A stretch of 55,692 bases of DNA, the filler included, from Catajapyx aquilonaris (lineage: Eukaryota), in the NCBI GenBank assembly GCA_000934665.2. It is 3 parts of 3 records of this genome, joined end to end, with 100 filler letters (N's around TTAATTAATTAA, not from the genome) between each part and the next. Parts side by side here need not be neighbours in the genome. Positions count along the whole stretch, not along the records: positions 40,287 to 55,692 come from JYFJ02007511.1; 2 more parts are not named here. One strand, written 5' to 3'. Numbering within the stretch: the stretch's first letter is position 1; every line of letters begins with the position of its first letter. Shown piece after piece: positions 48,094-55,692 of the stretch. A program made the translations under genes and the position numbers. The notes under the pieces were generated by a model, which ran no database searches, was not told the origin of the DNA, and saw only the letters and a program-made list of their open reading frames with translations.

Positions 48094-49592
48094 TCAAGTC
48101 CATCCTATTATATCACTACTGCTGCTTATTACACATATAAAGCAGAAAGTTTGTTGGTATACGTACTTATTGTATATGTTTGTATGTCCCACCTGCTTAA
48201 TCCACTTCCGGGCTACTGATAGTGCTGAAACTTGGCACATAGACGTCATACGTGTAGATGATTTCGGTAAAAGTGCGAAACCCGCACTTTTTGATCTGTC
48301 AAGCACTAACAAGCATGTTGAATGTGATCATAGTCCAGTTCTGCTGCCTTATGGTGCTGGACTGCAAACTCGGGAGCCGTTATGCATAACCTTATGGAGT
48401 TTTGATTGCACCTTAATACCGCGACTCACTGCACTGCACGCACACATGCATAAACTTGCACAAGACACGTTTTATTCGCTGCTTCCATTGCTAAACCAAC
48501 TTTTTGGTCCAGACTGGGAATGCTCTTAAGACCTGCAGATGTAAACCTCTTGCCCCGTTATTTTATACTCTTAAAAAATGATATTGCTGCGAACCTGGGT
48601 AACGCTACCGAAATTCTAGGGGCTGATATCTGTCACTCGTGATCAGTAGTGAGTTCTAGATGGTTCAGGAACATAAACTCAGTGTGAAGACAACCCAGTT
48701 TTATTCAAAGAGCATAACTGAATGTCAACCATTAGCATATCATCACTCTTACAGATTCGATAACAACAGCTTCAGCAGATGACGTGTCTTCGAAGATCCT
48801 CATGCAGTGGCTTCCCATCCCAACATAGCACCGCTTTACATATTGTTCGAGGTGGTCATTCCCTCCCTATACCAATCATAACGTGAATTCAATGTAGTGC
48901 AGATATCAACATAACGCACTCTACCGCCTGATCTAAACATGTTTCTGGTACTTGCGGTGCCACTACACTGCATTGATGTCAATGATGTGATGTTGAAAGC
49001 AATGGTAGACATTAGCACCCTTTTCTTTAAGGAAAGGTACTGAACATGGCTGTAAAAAGACCGAAACTCATCCACTGATTTCATACCAAGCATTCCTCTC
49101 GCATTCCTTATTTTCAATACCAATCGCCAGCTTCGAGTACCATACCTTTTTTTTAAACCATAGGTTACACTGTAGGCTACATGGAGTGATGGTTTCCATT
49201 ATCATCACATTACGATTACATCATAATTATCACATCAGCAACAAACATACGTATTTTAGTAACAATATTCTTAAAGCTGATCACTGTCGCCATATTAGGC
49301 CTACTACAAACATTGAAACCTGTAGCCTATACTGTATAGCGACCCTGGATATAGAGGAAACTTGCCTGTTGCAGAAAAGTTTTGCTGTCCTTGCTGCGAA
49401 ATATTATTTTCAATGTGTTCTGTCAAATAAAGTGAAACTTTACTCACTTTTCATTGACTTTACTTGTATCTATGAATAAGGAACGAGTGGGCATGTCAGT
49501 TTGGCCCCAATATTATTATGACTTGTATAACTTACTGGTATATGCATAATTATTTTAAAAACATGTTACTTGTACATTTATGTCAAGTTGCG

Positions 49593-50024
49593 TCAAATAG
49601 AGACAGGGAATGACAGAAGGTGTTTGGAAGTGGAGAAGAATGGCCACCACAACCGTAAGTGAGCTGTGCTCCTCTTTGGGACATAGGAAGCCGAACCAGT
49701 ATGAACATTGTTGGAATATACGTCGATGTTACTAGAGCCATGAATACCATCGCAGTTACTGTTGTAACCATCATCTATGTCGATAAAATACATGGAATTA
49801 TTATTTAGCCTACTTGTAATTTATTACACTAGAGAATCATTATTTTATTGATGACAAATCGTTGTCTTACCAAAGTGGCCTATGGCGGGAATTATCAGCT
49901 CTTTCTTCAAGTTGATAATTTTCTCCAGCTACAATGAAACCAACGCCAATGTTATATTATATATTAACGCTGACAAGACAATCATTATTAACAGTCAGCA
50001 CTGTTAATTGCTTTAATAATAATA

Positions 50025-50068
<44 letters not shown>

Positions 50069-50419
50069 AAAAGAACACATTTTAGTTTAAAAGTTCACCC
50101 ACTGAACTGTTACTCTCTAAAAAAATAAGAGTTAAATTAACTCTTATTGAGTATTTTTAACTCTATTTTTTTAGAGAGTAGGCTACATCAGAGAAAGAGG
50201 TAAAGGAAAATGATCGCCTTCTTTGATTCGCAATTAAACAATATAAATCACAGTTTAAAATCATTAAAATAGACGTACGTACAAAGTGTTATTTGCGTTA
50301 ACGTAATGTAATAATATAATTTTTGGGAGCAAAATAACATTACCACTTACCAGAGTGTGAAGTAAAGGGGCTGACAAAGTCGTTCCTACGACAAACAATA
50401 TTATCACTGGATACTTCAT
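49593..50419 (-). CDS. Tentative secreted protein of unknown family (3' extent uncertain)
   Basis: Exon 50419-50351 (MKYPVIILFVVGTTLSAPLLHTL, donor GTAAGT), exon 49928-49871 (LEKIINLKKELIIPAIGHF, donor GTAAGA) and an exon from 49774 join in consistent phase. No recognisable homology. Confidence 0.35.
50017..50068. repeat. (AAT)n-(GAT)n microsatellite
   Basis: Direct reading. Confidence 0.9.
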
Positions 50420-52064
50420 ATTGACTTGATCACTGGTTATGGAACGGTCAGAGAGTGACAGAATTAGATGGCAAGCTAGGCTGATTCTGCTGCGTATAGG
50501 TTCATCCAGTAAAACGAAACAATGCATACTGACTGCTTAAAGTTGCAGCTTATACTGTACCGTCCTCTCATTACTGTATAACTGGCACATTGCTCCATAT
50601 GCCTCCTGCCATGCTACCACACTTCAGAAATCCCTGTCGTATTGTAGCAGATACAATATACTATGAACACAAGTGCTTGTAGGCTTTATCATGGTAATTA
50701 ACCTTTAATACACACCCGTCTTCACCAGCGATATACCTTTCACTCACNCCCCCCCCCCCCCAGCCAGCCCCCAGCTCCAAAATTGGTCAATGAAGACGGG
50801 TTTATCCGTTCCACTGGTATTCTCGGTGCTGCAATTGTTTCCCTATGATAGACTTTCATGTTGTACAGTACAGTATATAATTATGTCCCTGCGCAGTGTG
50901 AGGTTATTTGTTTCGCAAACAGGTGGTGTTACACCGACCTAAATGCATGCAAAACCTTTACTACGATGACAATTCGCCGCCACTTTGCAATGGGCCTACA
51001 TGATAGACAATGAACTATTAGTCATGTAACTGACGCACACATTCATTCACTCCGTCACGCAACCAGCGAGGACGAAGGAACCGGAAGCCCTGGGAAATTC
51101 CAGAAATCTAAGCCTTCCCTTTCACTCCGCGGCGCGGCTGAGAATTTTTGCAATATATAGAACTATAGTAATGAAAATACGTCATTTTTTGTGGGTTTCA
51201 GGAAATCCTGAAACCCAATAAACGTGTTAGGATGGTGCGGATTGGTTGAAGTCTACGCGGTGACCACATCTGCGTTCAGTTTGGACAACTTTGGTCGACC
51301 CCCCAAAAAAATTGATGGGCTCGGGGCTGCTTCAGGTGTTTGAAGATGCCATGACTGAACGATATGTAAGTAGCCTATACTGCTTTATTTTCCACATTGC
51401 CAATAATTAAGCTCCATTTTAATGTCATATGCTCTCAATATTATTCTAATGATCGGGTGATTAAAAGTGGGGGGTCATTGGTCGAATTGAGTTATTTCCT
51501 GAAAGGCTTCGAGTTCTGGCTGGGGAGCTTATGGGAAAAAAACACGTCATTGCAATAAGCGTATCTACACTGTGGCCATGCCTTACGAAGGTACTGTACG
51601 TTGACTATAATTTATTATGTTCAGTGCATACCGGTAAGGTATGATGACTGCCTAACAGATAAAACACCTGTCGTATTGCTGGAGGAAAACAGGTGTTAAT
51701 TTTTCTCCGTCTCATGGTCATGGGCCGTGAAAAATAGACGCACATGAAACTATAATATTATGCTGTGCGATAATTTTTTAAATCCGTTTCTTGCTTATTA
51801 GGTCGAGACGACATGACGTACGCCATTTATGTCAAATGGAGACGAGGCAAACATGAAGCACCGAAACAGCTGATATTGCCATGGCCAAGTTTCTAAAGGT
51901 GCTTTTGGAGACATACGTATATGGGGGTAAGAGGATTCACCCAAAAATACGACAAACACAATAAATAATATTTTCCTTCGATATTTTATTACTTTTTTTC
52001 TCAGCGATAAATGGGCGTCACTGGTTTAAAAAAAAGATGAAGTGCCCACATAAATTCTAGAGCT

Positions 52065-53843
52065 TCAGCCCAGTGTAGGACCATCGGACTTTCCTGAGGA
52101 ACCCTGAGGGTTATTCTCACTGATTCCATCGTCCCTTTTTCCCTTCTTCTCCCTAGCGGAGTTCAGACGCCTCCGGGTTTCTTCAAGTACTTTCGATCGG
52201 TCGATAGCCAGAGGGGCGCGAACCATGGACTGCTGATTGCAGCCAAGTTGACCGATCCCTGTCCCTTTTTTCTCGGATTTCTGCACCTCGGTCCTGCCTT
52301 GGTTGCTCCTTCCGCCATGCCTCCCCTTATCTGTATCGGTAGCAGCTGGTGGAACAACTGACCCTTGGGGCGTGCTGGTGCCTTGGCCTCTGCCTCTTCG
52401 AACGGAAGGCGAAAGAGCGCTCATGATCTCGTCAAATGTAAGTATAGCTTCGCTTCCACGCCTTCGATGTCTATCGCACCCTATTAGATGTTTCCCCTTC
52501 CACTGTAGTGCCCGGGATTCATCGGCAGCCAGAGTGGTAAGTGCCCTCTCCGCATACGCTTGCATAGAATTAAGTTGTCTGCTCGCTCGTTGTTCCGCGG
52601 ACAAATCTCGTTGCAACCTTACGCCAAGTCCGCTCTTAGCTGTGGTGGCGGCAGATGGAGGAACAACAGACGCTCGGGCGTTTCCTTGGGTCTTCAGGGT
52701 GCCCAGACCTTTGTCTTTTCGATCAGAAGCTGTGGTTAGGGAAAGAGAGTTCATCGGCATGTCGTTGCTAGGTCCCTGTGGGCAGATGTGAGCAGATGGA
52801 GGAACAACAGACGCTTGGGCGTGTCCTTGGGCCTTCAGGGTGCCCAGACCTTTGCCTTTTCGATCAGAAGCAGTGGTTCGGGAAAAAGGGTTCATCGACA
52901 TGTCGTTGCCATATCCCTGAGAATTCTTATCAAATCTGTCGGAAACCCATTTCTCCAAACCACATGCATCCCGACCATTCCTTCTCATCCACTCCTTTTT
53001 TCCATTATCCGCTTCTATCGCGGAGCACAGACTATTTACAGCCTTGAACTGCTGGCCAAGAACCTTCTTGTCCTCTGCCATTTTTTTAAGAAATCTCTCG
53101 TTCATAATCCGGCCTTCTTCAATCTCGATGTCAAATCCGCTCTTAGCTTTGGTGGCGGCGGCAGCTGCTTTGGACCTCCGTTTCTCTTCTGCTGCCCAGG
53201 CCGCGGCGGCAGCTGCTTGGGACCTCCGTCTTTCTTCTGCTGCCCAGACCACGGCGGCAGCTGCTTGGGGCTCCCGTCTCTCTTCTACTGCCCAGCGTCG
53301 TCCTTGGGCCAGACGAGCCGAAGTCATCCTCTGATGTTCCAGTGCAAGCTGTCTGATTCTTACGCGTTCTTCCTCGGACATAGGGACATCGGTAGGGGCT
53401 TGGTTCCGCCTTCCGTCATGTCCGCCCTTAGCCGTGTCAGAAGCTTGAGGCCTCTGGGTGCATTTGCGTCTTAGGAGAGAAGTCTTAGTCGAACGAACGG
53501 CAGTGAACATGGCGCCGGTGGGTACGATGGCATCTTTAGGACTTCCGGAGGTTCCACCTTGCTCGACATCCGGACCCCTTCTCCTCCATTCTTCTGCTTC
53601 CAGGGCTCGTCCGTGGGCCAAGGCTGCAAGGAACTGCTTCTGACGCTTCTTGCCAAGCAACTTTTGCAGGCCTTTCGTGGTGGTCTTTATCAATATCACT
53701 TCTCGGTCCCTCTCCCCGCCCTCTTCTGCGCCGGTGACAGCTGGGGACCTCCGGGTGACCTTATTTTTGCCTCCTGAGACAGAAACATCAGCCGATGCGC
53801 CAGTCCTGGGTCCACGACGGTCATTCCCTTTTGCGCCACATAA
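52065..53843 (-). CDS. Large terminal exon of an uncharacterised basic, repeat-built protein (592 aa in this exon)
   Basis: 1779-nt open frame in AT-rich surroundings, elevated GC, phase-0 acceptor TTTACAG at 53844, minus-strand AATAAA at ~51985-51990, in-frame internal duplications. Upstream exons not resolved. Confidence 0.7.
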   Translation of the reverse strand, partial: LCGAKGNDRRGPRTGASADVSVSGGKNKVTRRSPAVTGAEEGGERDREVILIKTTTKGLQKLLGKKRQKQFLAALAHGRALEAEEWRRRGPDVEQGGTSGSPKDAIVPTGAMFTAVRSTKTSLLRRKCTQRPQASDTAKGGHDGRRNQAPTDVPMSEEERVRIRQLALEHQRMTSARLAQGRRWAVEERREPQAAAAVVWAAEERRRSQAAAAAAWAAEEKRRSKAAAAATKAKSGFDIEIEEGRIMNERFLKKMAEDKKVLGQQFKAVNSLCSAIEADNGKKEWMRRNGRDACGLEKWVSDRFDKNSQGYGNDMSMNPFSRTTASDRKGKGLGTLKAQGHAQASVVPPSAHICPQGPSNDMPMNSLSLTTASDRKDKGLGTLKTQGNARASVVPPSAATTAKSGLGVRLQRDLSAEQRASRQLNSMQAYAERALTTLAADESRALQWKGKHLIGCDRHRRRGSEAILTFDEIMSALSPSVRRGRGQGTSTPQGSVVPPAATDTDKGRHGGRSNQGRTEVQKSEKKGTGIGQLGCNQQSMVRAPLAIDRSKVLEETRRRLNSAREKKGKRDDGISENNPQGSSGKSDGPTLG

Positions 53844-54808
53844 CTGTAAATGAGCCTTATCATTAACACGTACGGTATATACTAGAACTAGACAAATACG
53901 GATTGTTATACAAGACGGTGTATTGTCCCATTCCCCAGTCCAAGAGAGGGAATGGGGGAGGAGGGGAAGTATAGTTGTGCATTGATATTATTTTGATTAC
54001 TCCAACTACCAATTTAACGGCAAGTTACAATCATGCTATGTCCACGAGGTTCCAATTTTGCCTTCCAATATGTTCTTTTTATTTGGCCCATTTATAGCAT
54101 CTACTCGTCCCCTTGCACATTAGGGAATTTGATTGTACTGTATACATCGTCGTATACAGTGACTTTAAACTCGGTTGGCGATTTTTTTGTTCTTAAAGGA
54201 CTTACACATTGCCGTATTTAAATCAACTCAAACAGTCATTTAATTTCATGTGACCTATTTGAAAATTTGACACGAACATTAGGTCTGGTTGAAATAAGGC
54301 ATATACCCGCTAATCGGAGCGTGGACAAGCAGACTGTTGCCATATCCACGGTGCTGGTAGTGTACGAAAAGGGGGGCAGCACACGCTCTCGAGGGGGTGG
54401 CTGGAATGTTGGAAAAGTCCTTAAATTGTCTCTTACACGCTCCAATATAATCGCTAACGAATATACAGACACTTAGATTATTTGAAGCCGTTGCGTTGTA
54501 TATGCTGGGTTTGTTCTAAATCATTCAGACAAACTTGTAAGGTGAACTAGGGTATCGTCTCCGCATCATTTCATGTGCAGCACCAGTTGTCGTATGCTGG
54601 TTGTCACAGGATCTTGACTGCGACAATGCATTAATCGGAGAGTTCCTTACAAATTACAATTATACATCATTTCCTATATCGTCGATGTAGACTGTCACAT
54701 TTTTAACGTCCTCGGCGAGTCCATTGAGACCTGCGACCTAACGACATAGTACTGTACGAGTAATACACTATAAACCTGTATGGAGATAAAAGCTAGATAT
54801 TGAGTGAT

Positions 54809-54918
54809 CCTGCCCGTGGGCCCGGGCGCTTCAAATAATTGGCTCCATGTAGTACATAATGGTTCAATAAAGGTTCCGTGTGATATACTCCCACCGGGGG
54901 TGAAAGCACTTACCCAGG

Positions 54919-54951
<33 letters not shown>
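54809..54951 (+). mobile_element. 5'-truncated retroposon carrying the family A (ATT)n tail
   Basis: CCCGGGC..AATAAAGGT.C.GTG..GCACTTACCCAGG(ATT)n is homologous to the tails at 3168 and 31409; 12-bp TSD ATATTGAGTGAT at 54797-54808 and 54952-54963. Confidence 0.8.
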
Positions 54952-54955
<4 letters not shown>

Positions 54956-55059
54956 TGAGTGATAAAGGCAAGGTCCTGAGGAAGGACACGTGACTGATAG
55001 GATAATTTATGCCACAGGCGGTAAAAGACGAATGACACCCCCCCTCCCCCCACACACAC

Positions 55060-55437
55060 AGGCGCGCATCCCTATCCTTGTGAGGTTTTTCCAAAATCTA
55101 AAACTAACCTAACCTAACCTAACCTACAAAAAACACACCAAATTTTGGGGAAAGATATTTTTACTGTCTTTATGAGGTATTTGTCGATTTTTCCCTATCC
55201 TTGTGAGGCGAGTGTTCACTATGAGGTACAGGAAAACTACCTCGTAATGACAAAATTCCTCACAAGGATAGGAAAACGCGCAAACACACTCCTCACAAGG
55301 ATGGCAATGCGCGTCCACACACACAGCTTTGTCTTCCGTGGGGACGTGAAAATTCCACTTTTCGAAGCTAGTGTAAACTAACCTAACCTAACCTACCCTA
55401 CCCTACCCTACCTAATACCTACCCTACCCTAACTAAC
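55060..55437. repeat. Inverted-repeat element with (AACCT)n/(ACCCT)n arrays
   Basis: CTATCCTTGTGAGG twice, mirrored by CCTCACAAGGAT(A/G)G twice; (TAACC)n at ~55105-55126 and (TAACC/TACCC)n at ~55378-55437. Confidence 0.65.
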
Positions 55438-55692
55438 GTAGGCTGAGAAAAATGGACTTTTGTGAAACCCTACAAATGAAAATAGTGGGGACATGTCCCC
55501 ACTAATTTGGGCATGTCCCCACTGTAATAGTACTATCACGTTCAAAAAGATTGTCGTCACTGTTTATTTTCTTATGTGTTTATGTGTTGGCTATCCTTGC
55601 GCTGCCAGGTAACCGCGGTTGTTTATTTGGCGGTATTCCGGAATCCACAGCACTGTGATCACGGGTCACGGTCGCGGTCCCACGGCCCCAGG

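Noticed and set aside
52163..53853. Plus-strand ORFs up to 228 aa opposite the orphan exon
   Set aside because: Antisense shadows; the splice acceptor, poly(A) signal and longest frame favour the minus strand.
54665..54730. Minus-strand VKNVTVYIDDI resembling an LTR reverse transcriptase YxDD motif
   Set aside because: No flanking RT motifs in frame; more likely chance or an upstream exon of the orphan gene.

Overview
Eukaryotic, AT-rich animal genomic DNA, most likely an arthropod (short 50-90 nt GT-AG introns, a Painless-type TRPA channel, TTAGG-type repeats). The window is three contigs joined by artificial N44-TTAATTAATTAA-N44 linkers (24707-24806, 40187-40286), so adjacency across them is unproven. 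Contig 1 holds a secreted coiled-coil + fibrinogen-domain protein with an unusual cationic tail (minus) and a tandem two-CRD C-type lectin (minus, 5' part not found). Contig 2 is a compact housekeeping cluster: ITFG2 and an intronless IMMP2L only 237 bp apart on the minus strand, apparently one spliced transcription unit, head-to-head with SRP19, followed by the first four coding exons of TTC21B/IFT139 with an upstream RFX X-box. Contig 3 has the first exon of a divergent Rpn13/ADRM1-like gene, a ~1239-aa Painless-like TRPA with about 19-20 ankyrin repeats, a tentative secreted-protein gene, and a large repeat-built orphan exon. Intergenic and intronic DNA is dense in MITEs (Tc1/mariner/pogo, PIF/Harbinger, piggyBac, hAT) and three tRNA-derived SINE families that share or swap 3' tails. 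All calls are by eye; no database searches were run.
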